This document shows positions 1 through 7,853 of a stretch of 64,000 bases of DNA, in pieces; the stretch's first letter is position 1; each line of letters starts with the position of its first letter. A program made the position numbers and the translations under genes. The stretch lies in the NCBI GenBank assembly GCA_014896235.1, contig JADBKU010000030.1:32939-96938 (forward strand). The letters run 5' to 3'. Under the pieces are notes generated by a model. That model had not been told where the DNA came from and did not search any database. It saw only the letters and a program-made list of their open reading frames with translations. Source of the stretch: a bacterium (GTDB taxonomy: Bacteria; Desulfobacterota; Binatia; Binatales; Binataceae).

Positions 1-814
1 GAACTGTGACCCAGACTTTGCCGTCGCGCGTGACGGCGATATCGAAGGGTCTCAGGTTGGGGGGCAGCGTAAATTCCGATAGCCGGCCGTTCGGGTTCAG
101 CCGGCCCACCCGATTCGCCGCGAGTTCCGTGAACCAAAGCTCGCCGTCGGGCGCCGCGATAATGCTGTTCGGGCGGCTGTCGGGATTCGGCAGCGGAAAC
201 TCGTCGATCCGGCCGTCCGGCGCCATCCGATCGATCCGGTTCGATTCGTTCTCTGCGAAATAGAGATTGCCGTCGCGCGCGAACGCGATTCCGGCCGGCC
301 CGCCCGGATGAGGCAGGACATATTCGGTCAACGTGCCCAGCGGAGTGAGCCGCCCGATGCGATTGGCCGCGTGCTCGGTGAACCAGAGATTTCCGTCACG
401 GCCGAGAGTGATGCTTGCGGGTCCCGCATTGGGAGTGCGCAGCGGCACGTAGGTATAGGCCCCGGACGGATCGAGCCGCCCGATGCGATTGCCGGCGGGG
501 TCGGTAAACCACATCGCCTCGTCGGGGCCGGAGACAATCCGTTCCGGGAGCGCGGCGCCAACGTTGAACGTCGTCACGGAACCGTCGAGCGCGATACGGC
601 CGATGCGGCTGGCGTGAAATTCCGTGAACCACATCGCGCGGTCGAAGCCGCTTGCGATCGCGAACGGCGTGACGATCAGTGCGGGCGTTTTGGGCGGCGC
701 CGCTTCAGCTTTGGCGGCCGGCGGCGCCGCGGACGATTTAACCGGCTTGCGAGCGGCGCATCCCGCCTGCGCCAGCGCAATCACGACGAGCGCGGAGAAG
801 CACAGGCGGCGCAT
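1..814 (-). CDS. Virginiamycin B lyase (Vgb)-like beta-propeller lipoprotein, runs off the window start
   Basis: Not in the ORF track. Manual translation from ATG 814: MRRLCFSALVVIALAQAGC (lipobox-like), then repeated Vgb-type blades such as GFDRAMWFTEFHASRIGRI and GPDEAMWFTDP. Confidence 0.8.
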   Translation of the reverse strand, partial: MRRLCFSALVVIALAQAGCAARKPVKSSAAPPAAKAEAAPPKTPALIVTPFAIASGFDRAMWFTEFHASRIGRIALDGSVTTFNVGAALPERIVSGPDEAMWFTDPAGNRIGRLDPSGAYTYVPLRTPNAGPASITLGRDGNLWFTEHAANRIGRLTPLGTLTEYVLPHPGGPAGIAFARDGNLYFAENESNRIDRMAPDGRIDEFPLPNPDSRPNSIIAAPDGELWFTELAANRVGRLNPNGRLSEFTLPPNLRPFDIAVTRDGKVWVTV

Positions 815-955
815 GCGGGAAAGTCCAGGGCGGCGCATCGTGCCGACGAATTAAGCATTCTGCCGGCCCGAGCGACAGACCTTCATAGCGCGCAATGCTC
901 CATCGCGCCGCGCAATCCGGATTCCGGTGCGGCCGGCGCCGCCGCAATCGCGCGG

Positions 956-2494
956 TCAGAAGCGCCGCGTGCGCTGCGCGATCGCACGGATCGCCGCGAC
1001 GCGCGCGGCCAAAGCGGGATTTTTCGCCGCGTCCGCGAGCGGATAGGGAAAGCGCCATTTCCAATTGCTGTCGCCGACCGTGCCGGGAACGTTGATGCGC
1101 GCGTCCCATCCGAACAGGTCCGGCGCCGGCGCGAGCGCGAGCCGCGAACGGGCGCCATAGAGCGCTTCGATGATCGCGAGCGTTGCGCGATCATCGAGGC
1201 GCGCGGCTTGCGGATCGACGCCGGCGCCAGCGCCAAGCATCGCGACGAACGCGTCGCGCTCCGCAGCGGGCGCTGCGCGCCACCATTCGACCAGCGTTTC
1301 GGTGTCGTGCGTGCCGGTCGTCGCGACGGAATTTTCGGGATATTGCGCAGGCGGTATGAACGGTTGGCCGGCTTTATCCCACTCCCGCTCCCAGCGCATC
1401 ACCTTGTAACCGGGGATTCCGAGCGCCGCCAGCGACCGCCGCACAAACGGCGGGATGACGCCGAGATCTTCCGCGATCAGTTCCATCTCTCCAGCTTCCT
1501 TGCGGATGACGCCGATGATCTCCTCGCCCTGCGCAAGCTGATCCACCGGATCGGCGGGATCGAAAGCGCCCAGCGCCTCGGGATCGGCGCCGAAACCGTA
1601 GGTGCGATAGAGGCCGACGACGTGGTCGATGCGCAGCAGGTCGAAGAGCTGGCGCGCACGGCGCGTGCGGGCGCGGATCAGGGCGAAGCCGCCCGCGCGC
1701 ATCGCGCCCCACGCCGGCATCGGCAGGCCCCAGCGCTGGCCGGTGGCGGAAAAGGCGTCTGGCGGCGCGCCCACCGTGCGCGCGAGATCGAACATCGATT
1801 GATTCGCCCATACCTCCGCGCTTTCGCGGCACGGCGAAAAGGCGAGATCGCCGCCCAGCGCCACGCCCTTCGCCGCCAGCGCTTTGCGCATCTCGCGCCA
1901 CTGCCGGTAAGCGATGAACTGGACGTAGGAATAAAAGGAAATTTCGTGTTCAAGCTCGCGCGCCGCGGCTTGCAGCGCGCGCGGTTCGCGCGCCGCGAGC
2001 TCGCGCGGCCACGATTCCCACGCCGACCATCGGTAACGTTCCTTGAGCGCGCGGAACAGCGCGTAGTCCGGCAGCCAATCGCGTTCGGCAAACGCATACG
2101 CGTCGAGTTCGGACCGCTCGTGCGCGGCGGCGCGTTTTTGAAAATAAGCGAACGAGCGCCGCAGCAATTCGAGCTTGGCGGCGCTGAGCCGCGACGAATC
2201 CGGCGGATCGCCCGGCCCCGCCGCGGCGCGCGCGCGCGCCATCGCCGCCGGTCCGATTCCCGGCAACGCGGCGGACGATATGTAAAGCGGATCGATCGCC
2301 AGCACGCTCATCGCGCTGTACGGACTGGTCTCGCCCGGAGCGGTTTCGTCAACGGGCAGAAGCTGAATCATCCGATGGCCGAGCGCGAGCGCGAGTTCCG
2401 CCGCCGGATAAAGCCCGGCGATCTCGCCCCGTCCAAGGTCGTCCGGCGTGCGCGTTGAGAAGAGTGGAATCAGGATGCCTGCGCTGCGTTTCAC
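956..2494 (-). CDS. malQ: 4-alpha-glucanotransferase (amylomaltase, GH77)
   Basis: IQLLP, SPYSAMS, GAPPDAFSATGQRWG, LRIDHVVG, AEDLG, THD and RINVPGT..NW motifs. Confidence 0.93.
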   Translation of the reverse strand: MKRSAGILIPLFSTRTPDDLGRGEIAGLYPAAELALALGHRMIQLLPVDETAPGETSPYSAMSVLAIDPLYISSAALPGIGPAAMARARAAAGPGDPPDSSRLSAAKLELLRRSFAYFQKRAAAHERSELDAYAFAERDWLPDYALFRALKERYRWSAWESWPRELAAREPRALQAAARELEHEISFYSYVQFIAYRQWREMRKALAAKGVALGGDLAFSPCRESAEVWANQSMFDLARTVGAPPDAFSATGQRWGLPMPAWGAMRAGGFALIRARTRRARQLFDLLRIDHVVGLYRTYGFGADPEALGAFDPADPVDQLAQGEEIIGVIRKEAGEMELIAEDLGVIPPFVRRSLAALGIPGYKVMRWEREWDKAGQPFIPPAQYPENSVATTGTHDTETLVEWWRAAPAAERDAFVAMLGAGAGVDPQAARLDDRATLAIIEALYGARSRLALAPAPDLFGWDARINVPGTVGDSNWKWRFPYPLADAAKNPALAARVAAIRAIAQRTRRF

Positions 2495-2614
2495 AAAATG
2501 CGGGCGCTTCGCGAAAGATCACGATGGAGCGCAAGGCTCCGACGCCGAGCGTAACCGACCGCGGCGCGTGAGCCTATCGCGCCGCGCATGAGATTCCGGG
2601 CGCGGCGGTCGCGC

Positions 2615-3382
2615 TCACGCCGTGGTCCAGCCGCCGTTGGGACTGATTACCTGGCCGACCATGAATTTGGCGTCGTCGGACGCCAGATACAGCGCGGCCG
2701 CCGCGATATCGGCGGGTTCGCCCATCCGGCCAAGGGGAGTGTTGGCGATCACCCACGCCTTCGCCTCCGGCTCCAGCGGCGCGGTCATCGGCGTTTCGAT
2801 AAATCCAGGAGCGATCGCGTTGACGATAACGCCGTGCTTGGCGACTTCAAGCGCGACCGATTTCGTGAAGCCGATGATGCCGGCCTTAGCCGCGCAATAG
2901 TTGGACACGAACGGCAGGCCCGCCGTGCCGGCGATCGATCCTTGGTTGACGATGTGGCCCGAGCGTTTCGGGATCATCACCTTGAGCGCTTCGCGCGTGC
3001 AATAGAAGGTCGCGTCCAGATGGGTCGCGAGCATCAACCGCCAGTCCTCGTCGGTCAGATCGGTCGTGCCGAGCAATTCAGTGCTTTCGCGGGTGCGGCC
3101 GATTCCGGCGTTGTTGACCAGCACGTCGATCGTGCCGAAGGCGGCGAGAAAATCGGCGAACATTTTGCGCACCGCCGCGCTGCTCGAAACGTCGGCGACG
3201 AACGGACGCGCGACGCCGCCCGCGCGTTCGATTTCGGTGACGACATTCTGCGCCGACTCGGGCCGTATGTCGTTGACGCCGACCTTCGCGCCCTCGCGCG
3301 CGAACAACAGGCCCATCTCGCGGCCGAGTCCTGAACCCGCGCCGGTAATCAGAACGATCTTGTCCTTCAGCTTCATCGTCAT
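2615..3382 (-). CDS. Short-chain dehydrogenase/reductase, FabG-like (start uncertain, 3376-3397)
   Basis: TGAGSGLG, NNAG, YCAAK and NAIAPGFIETPM. Confidence 0.9.
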   Translation of the reverse strand: MTMKLKDKIVLITGAGSGLGREMGLLFAREGAKVGVNDIRPESAQNVVTEIERAGGVARPFVADVSSSAAVRKMFADFLAAFGTIDVLVNNAGIGRTRESTELLGTTDLTDEDWRLMLATHLDATFYCTREALKVMIPKRSGHIVNQGSIAGTAGLPFVSNYCAAKAGIIGFTKSVALEVAKHGVIVNAIAPGFIETPMTAPLEPEAKAWVIANTPLGRMGEPADIAAAALYLASDDAKFMVGQVISPNGGWTTA

Positions 3383-3430
3383 CCCGCTTGTTCCCATCGA
3401 TCGCCGCGGTCTCCGCAGCTCGCACGGCCG

Positions 3431-3805
3431 CTATGGATTGGGCGGCTTGTCCTTCGCCTCTCTGAGCTGGCGCTTCCAATCGAGCAGGCGCGCCTGCGCG
3501 CCAGCCGCTTCGGCCTCTTTGATCATCCCCTTCTTCTGGTAGAACATGCTGAGATTAGTGAAGGCAAGGATGTCTTCGGGCGCTCGTTCGACATAGCGTT
3601 TCGTCACATCGATCGCCGCGTCGAGGTCGCCCTTCGCCTGATAGCACATCGCAAGGCCCGTGAAGGCGTCGCCGAACGCGGGATCGGCCTCCAGCGCCTG
3701 ATTGTAAAGCGCGATCGCCTGGTCGTAATTTCCGTCGGCGAACGCCTCGACCGCTTCGTCGCAGCGATCTTCAGCGGTTCGCCTTGCGTCATCCATTTCG
3801 CTCAT
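3431..3805 (-). CDS. Small tetratricopeptide-repeat protein
   Basis: TPR helices (YDQAIALYNQALEADP; LAMCYQAKGDLDAAI). Start MSEMDD preferred over the track start. Confidence 0.8.
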   Translation of the reverse strand: MSEMDDARRTAEDRCDEAVEAFADGNYDQAIALYNQALEADPAFGDAFTGLAMCYQAKGDLDAAIDVTKRYVERAPEDILAFTNLSMFYQKKGMIKEAEAAGAQARLLDWKRQLREAKDKPPNP

Positions 3806-3934
3806 CGCAAACCCTCGCCGTTGGCGTCGCAAAGCCGATAGCGGCGCCGCATCGCTCTTCTATATACTACGTAACGGGATCGATAACGATTCATCGCGCG
3901 CCGTCCGGATTGTCAAGCGGCGCGATCGCCCACG

Positions 3935-4237
3935 ATGCTGCAGGAAGCTGAAATTTACGAAGTATTGCGCGATTGCTACGACCCGGAAATTCCGCTCAAC
4001 GTCGTGGACCTTGGACTGATCTACGGCGTCAAGCTGAACGGCGACACGGTGACGGTGAAGATGACTCTGACCGGGCCGGGATGCTCGATGGGCTCGATGA
4101 TCGCAACGACCATCGAAGATCGCCTGCTCGGCATCCCGGATTGCAACCGCGCGACCGTCGAAATCGTATGGGACCCGCCCTGGTCGCCGGAGCGGATCAG
4201 CGCGGCCGGCCGCAAGCAACTCGGCCTCGACGAATAA
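3935..4237 (+). CDS. DUF59/SufT-PaaD-like Fe-S cluster assembly protein
   Basis: DPEIPLNVVDLGLIY, MTLTGPGC and VWDPPWSPERIS. Confidence 0.9.
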   Translation: MLQEAEIYEVLRDCYDPEIPLNVVDLGLIYGVKLNGDTVTVKMTLTGPGCSMGSMIATTIEDRLLGIPDCNRATVEIVWDPPWSPERISAAGRKQLGLDE

Positions 4238-4247
4238 AGCGCCGCCT

Positions 4248-4766
4248 TTACGGATCGAACAAAACTCCGGGATTCAGCACCGCATGCGGATCGAGCGCGC
4301 GCTTGGCGGCCCTGAGCGCGTTTGCGAATCCGTCTGGCCGCTGGCGATCGTACCACGGCCGATGATCGCGGCCGACCGCATGATGATGCGTAATCGTGCC
4401 GCCGAGCGCGATCAGTTCGTCTGAAACGGCTTGCTTAATCTCCGCCCATTGCTCCAGTTCCGAGCCGCGCCGGCCCGGCGCCAGCACCGTGTAGTATGGC
4501 GCGGGACCATCGGGATAGGCGTGCGTGAAGCGCACGGTCACGGTTCCCTTGCCGCAGACGCGCTTTACGGCGTCGCGCGCCGCCGCCATCAGGCGCGCGT
4601 GGAACTCCGGAAACCGGTCCCACGTAATCGCGGTTTCGAAGGTCTCGCTGACCATCCCCATCGCAACCACGGTGTCGCGCAGGTAGGGCGCGTTGAGAAA
4701 CGCGTTGCGCCATGCTCCCGCAGCGCCTTCATGCGTCGCGTCGGCGTCAGCGCGGGTGCGCGCCCC
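4248..4766 (-). pseudogene. 3' fragment of an FAD-linked oxidase (alkyl-DHAP synthase-like); FAD-binding N-terminal part missing
   Basis: Frame reads GARTRADADATHEGAAGAWRNAFLNAPYLRD...ETFETAITW...RFTHAYPDGPAPYYT...GGTITHHHAVG...LNPGVL. Plausible homology stops near 4766, where phage-like DNA begins. Confidence 0.8.
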
Positions 4767-5002
4767 TCGTCGGCGCGGGCCTTTGCCGCGAGCGCCGCGA
4801 CGGCGCCGTTTTGCCGCGCCACCGCCTGGCGCATCGCGGCGACGCTTTCCTGCAGTGCGCCGCTTTGTTCGGTCAGCGTTTTGACCTGGGCGCGGGCGTC
4901 ATCGCGCTGATGGACCAGCACTTCGCGGTAGATCAGCGCCGCCGCAAGCAGCGCCGCGAGCGCGCCGATTTTCCAGTATTTGAGGATCCAGAGGAGCGGC
5001 AT
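4589..5002 (-). CDS. Rz/i-spanin-like phage lysis protein, 3' end replaced by out-of-frame FAD-oxidase DNA
   Basis: MPLLWILKYWKIGALAALLAAALIY (N-terminal TM), then coiled coil QRDDARAQVKTLTEQ...ARQNGAVAALAAKA; lies downstream of the endolysin. Confidence 0.55.
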   Translation of the reverse strand: MPLLWILKYWKIGALAALLAAALIYREVLVHQRDDARAQVKTLTEQSGALQESVAAMRQAVARQNGAVAALAAKARADEGRAPALTPTRRMKALREHGATRFSTRPTCATPWLRWGWSARPSKPRLRGTGFRSSTRA

Positions 5003-5042
5003 GGCGAACTTGCTCCGGTGCGACGGGCGTGCGGCGCGCCGC

Positions 5043-5402
5043 TCAGGCGCGGGCGGCGGGCGCTTCGGCGTGGTTCGGGGTGGCGCGCCGCTCGACCGCC
5101 GCGGCCACCGTCGCGGCGCCGTGTTCGTCGATCGCCGTCGCATGCCGGTCGACCGCGGACGCGAGCTTTTCGACGGCCGCCGCGTGTTTCTCGACCGCGG
5201 TCGCGTGGACGGCGACCGCATGTTGTCCCAGGGCGGCGCTGGCGGCGGCGCCCGCCGCATGTTCAAGCGCGCCGACGCGAGCCTCGAGCGAATGCGCGAG
5301 GGCGTCGAGATCGCTGAACAGGCGGCGGCCAAAAAGCGCACCGAGCTCGAAACCGCCGCCGGCGGCGAGAGCGAAGCCAGTCAAGGTTGCGTCGATAATC
5401 AT
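5043..5402 (-). CDS. Hypothetical phage-module protein (holin position) with His/Ala heptad repeats
   Basis: GGAGG RBS, hydrophobic N-terminus and repeats HATAVEK-HAAAVEK-LASAVDR-HATAIDE-H. Confidence 0.6.
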   Translation of the reverse strand: MIIDATLTGFALAAGGGFELGALFGRRLFSDLDALAHSLEARVGALEHAAGAAASAALGQHAVAVHATAVEKHAAAVEKLASAVDRHATAIDEHGAATVAAAVERRATPNHAEAPAARA

Positions 5403-5475
5403 GTTGCCTCCGAAGTTTCCGCGGTTTTGAGCACGCGGCGGTTTAATCCGATGAGCGGTCGCGCCGCTCGTCGCC

Positions 5476-5994
5476 TCATTCGTACGCGCGATTCAGCCAT
5501 CCGGGCAGAAATTCCTCATTCGCGGGATTCGCCGCGGCCAGCGCGCGGTAATGCCCCGCGGCCTCCGAGCGGAAAGCCGCGATCAACGCCGATTGATCCG
5601 CCTGCGCCGCGGCGGCGCGCGTTGCCGCGCCGACCACGCCGTCCTCGGCGACTGGCCGACCGCAGGCGCGCAGCGCGCGCTGCAAACAGCGGCCCGCATG
5701 TTCGGGTCCCATGTTGACCGCCAGGTTGAAGAGCTTCGCGCCGATCGGCTCGGCAAGATCGCCGTAACCGAAACGCATCCACCAGTCGCGGAAGTAAATG
5801 GCGATCGCCTCGTCGCGGGTGAGCGCGCGGATATCCAGATGGGGATAGTCGCGCTGCTAGATTCCGAAGCGGGTCGCGCCGCCCGGATCGGCGGGATTGA
5901 GGACGTAGCCGCCTTCGTCGCGCAGCAGGCGGGACACGGCGCGATCGAAGGCGGCCGGGTAGGGTGATTGGGGCGGGGTTGGTTGGCGGGTCAC
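5476..5994 (-). pseudogene. Glycoside hydrolase family 108 endolysin with peptidoglycan-binding C-terminus, interrupted by in-frame TAG at 5857-5859
   Basis: From GTG 5994: ...FDRAVSRLLRDEGGYVLNPADPGGATRFGI*QRDYPHLDIRALTRDEAIAIYFRDWW..., in frame with the track ORF (LFNLAVNMG, LQRAL, DGVVGAAT, FLPGWLNRAYE). Confidence 0.88.
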
Positions 5995-6032
5995 GCGGCC
6001 GAAAATACGCGCGGCGGCGAAGCCGGGTAAGG

Positions 6033-6046
6033 GTGAAATTTTTCAC
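6033..6046. promoter_or_regulatory. Inverted repeat GTGAAA-TT-TTTCAC upstream of the endolysin gene; candidate Mor/C-type activator site
   Basis: Perfect 6-bp arms about 40-50 bp upstream of the GTG start, with a TATTTT -10-like hexamer at 6002-6007 on the minus strand. Confidence 0.4.
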
Positions 6047-6232
6047 GACATCAGCCGCGCTTCTCGCTGGATCAACAAGATGTTAATTATCAGTGACAGT
6101 TTGTTAGCGCACAGCAGCCGAAAAATTGCGCGCTTACGCGCGATGGCGCCGCGACATGATAAAAAAAGGCGCCGTGGACGAAGGCCGGAATTCCTCCGCC
6201 CGCGGCGCCCGACAGTAAGGCGGACTAATCCG

Positions 6233-6778
6233 TCAGCGCCCGCGATCGATCGTGCGCGCCTCGGCCAGCACCTGGAAGACGCGCCGCCGCGTGCATCCCA
6301 GCGCCAGCGCAATCGAATCGACGCTGGCGCCGCGCGCGCGCATCTGCAGAATCCGCACGCGCCGGGGCGGCGGATTCGGCACGTCGATGCGATCGCCGCC
6401 GAAGACGCCCGCGAGCGCCAGCGCGGTCGCATGGCCGACCGCCGCGCTGAGCGCGTCGCCGGGTTCGGGCGAGTGCGGGATATAGAGCCGCGCGCCGCCG
6501 AAGGCTTCGATCAGCCGGCTGGCCCCGTCCGCGCCGATGGTTCGCACCAGTTCGTCGAGCATCGCGCCGCGCCGGGGGATGCGTTTCGCCGCGGGCGCGA
6601 TTCGCTCGCGGCCCGGCTCGAACGCCGCGGCGGTTTCGGCGCCGGCCGGGCGGGCGAATCCGGGAGAGGGCGCAGGCTGGCGCGGTCGGCGCATGAAGAT
6701 GCGGCCGGGCTCGCGCAGCGGAGCGCCGGGCGGCGGCCAGTCGAACGTGAGCGGCATTGAACCTATCCGTTTTTCCAT
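6233..6778 (-). CDS. Mor/C-family (Mu-like) transcription activator (start 6778 or 6562)
   Basis: LVRTIGADGASRLIEAFGGARLYIP...FGGDRIDVP followed by the HTH ASVDSIALALGCTRRRVFQVL. Confidence 0.75.
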   Translation of the reverse strand: MEKRIGSMPLTFDWPPPGAPLREPGRIFMRRPRQPAPSPGFARPAGAETAAAFEPGRERIAPAAKRIPRRGAMLDELVRTIGADGASRLIEAFGGARLYIPHSPEPGDALSAAVGHATALALAGVFGGDRIDVPNPPPRRVRILQMRARGASVDSIALALGCTRRRVFQVLAEARTIDRGR

Positions 6779-7152
6779 CAGACAGCCTCTTTTCCTTCGG
6801 ATTTGGCGCCGGAGGGCGACGCGAGTTGGTCGATCAGCCGATCGAGCAGGCGGGCGAAGCCGGCGTCCGCGCAACGCCGGCGCGCGACCGCCGCACAGGC
6901 GTGGATTACGCTGGTATGGTCGCGGCAAAAGGCGCGCGCGATGCGCGGAAAGGACGCGGCCGAGCCGCCCGGGCGCCGGCGCGGCGGACCTGCGAGTTGC
7001 CGGCTTAGATACATCGCGACATGCCGCGCGCAGGCGACATGCTGGCGGCGGGTGGGCGCGCTCAGCTCGGCGGAATCAACTTTGAATTCGCGCGCCACCA
7101 GCGCTTGAACCTCGCTGATCGAAATCTGTCGCGAACGTGATTCGTCGATCAT
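6778..7152 (-). CDS. Stand-alone DnaA C-terminal (domain IV) HTH protein
   Basis: IS.VQALVAREFKV...ARHVAMYLSRQL...SFPRIARAFCRDHTSVIHA matches the DnaA domain IV signature; GGAG RBS before ATG 7152. Confidence 0.8.
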   Translation of the reverse strand: MIDESRSRQISISEVQALVAREFKVDSAELSAPTRRQHVACARHVAMYLSRQLAGPPRRRPGGSAASFPRIARAFCRDHTSVIHACAAVARRRCADAGFARLLDRLIDQLASPSGAKSEGKEAV

Positions 7153-7695
7153 CGGAGACACTCCGTGAAAGCGGGGCCGAATGGCGTTGACGCGGCGCGG
7201 ACGGCGCCGCGCGCCGGCGGCGGTTGGCGATGGCCGGGCCGGTGATGCGTTCGCTAGATGAGATCGGAACAGGTGTAGCGAACGGCCCTGGAGCGCGTGC
7301 GGAAAGCATCGGTCCATGGCGCGATCGCGCGCCAGAGCCTCGCCGCGGCATTGACGGCGCCAATTTGGCTTGTCGGAGGCTTCAAAAAATTGGCGCTGCG
7401 ATGGCGCTCCTTGCTGGTTTTGGCCGCAAAGACCCGCCGCCGCCTCGCACCTCCGCCTTCACATCCGGACGAAAATCTGCGGCGTAGGTTGAAAAGGACC
7501 ATCCGGGACGAACGCGCCAGCGCGTCGCCGCTTCGGTCGTCAAATGCCCGTGGATTCCGGCACACACCTTGCTGTTCGTGCCGATGATGCACCGGTCAGG
7601 CCGGATTCTGAATTCCGGCATGATCGGAGGGTTTGGCGCAGATCGGCACAACTTAATGAAATCGGCGGGCGGAAAACTCGCAAATATTTGTTGGT

Positions 7696-7853
7696 TAACT
7701 ATCGTGGTATTTTTGAACGAATGGAGAATTTGGTCGCCCACACTAACCATTCGTGGTAAGGTTGTATGAAACATTGAACGTTTTCGCCCGCTTACAGGCG
7801 TATCCGTCGGTGTCTATATCCCACAGTGGGAGAATAATGTCAACTACTGTAGT
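7696..7853. promoter_or_regulatory. Cluster of related imperfect palindromes, candidate repressor operators
   Basis: ACTATCGTGGT (7698), ACCATTCGTGGT (7746), CCCACAGTGGG (7820) and ACTACTGTAGT (7843), in AT-rich DNA at the repressor 5' end. Confidence 0.45.

Noticed and set aside
1-814. Streptogramin resistance gene
   Set aside because: Vgb-like propeller repeats are widespread in secreted proteins; the lipoprotein signal and partial sequence do not support lyase activity.
308-2458. 716-aa plus-strand ORF and many other long overlapping ORFs (e.g. 32151-33449, 38631-39884, 56367-57527)
   Set aside because: Arg/Ala-rich antisense or off-frame shadows of well-supported genes, as expected in high-GC DNA; no family motifs.
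6778-7152. Chromosomal dnaA or oriC
   Set aside because: Only domain IV is present, with no AAA+ motifs, no dnaN/gyrB context and no DnaA-box cluster noticed.
7254-7774. Cro/Ner-like small ORF between the repressor and the DnaA-IV gene
   Set aside because: The track ORFs here lack HTH patterns and convincing RBSs.
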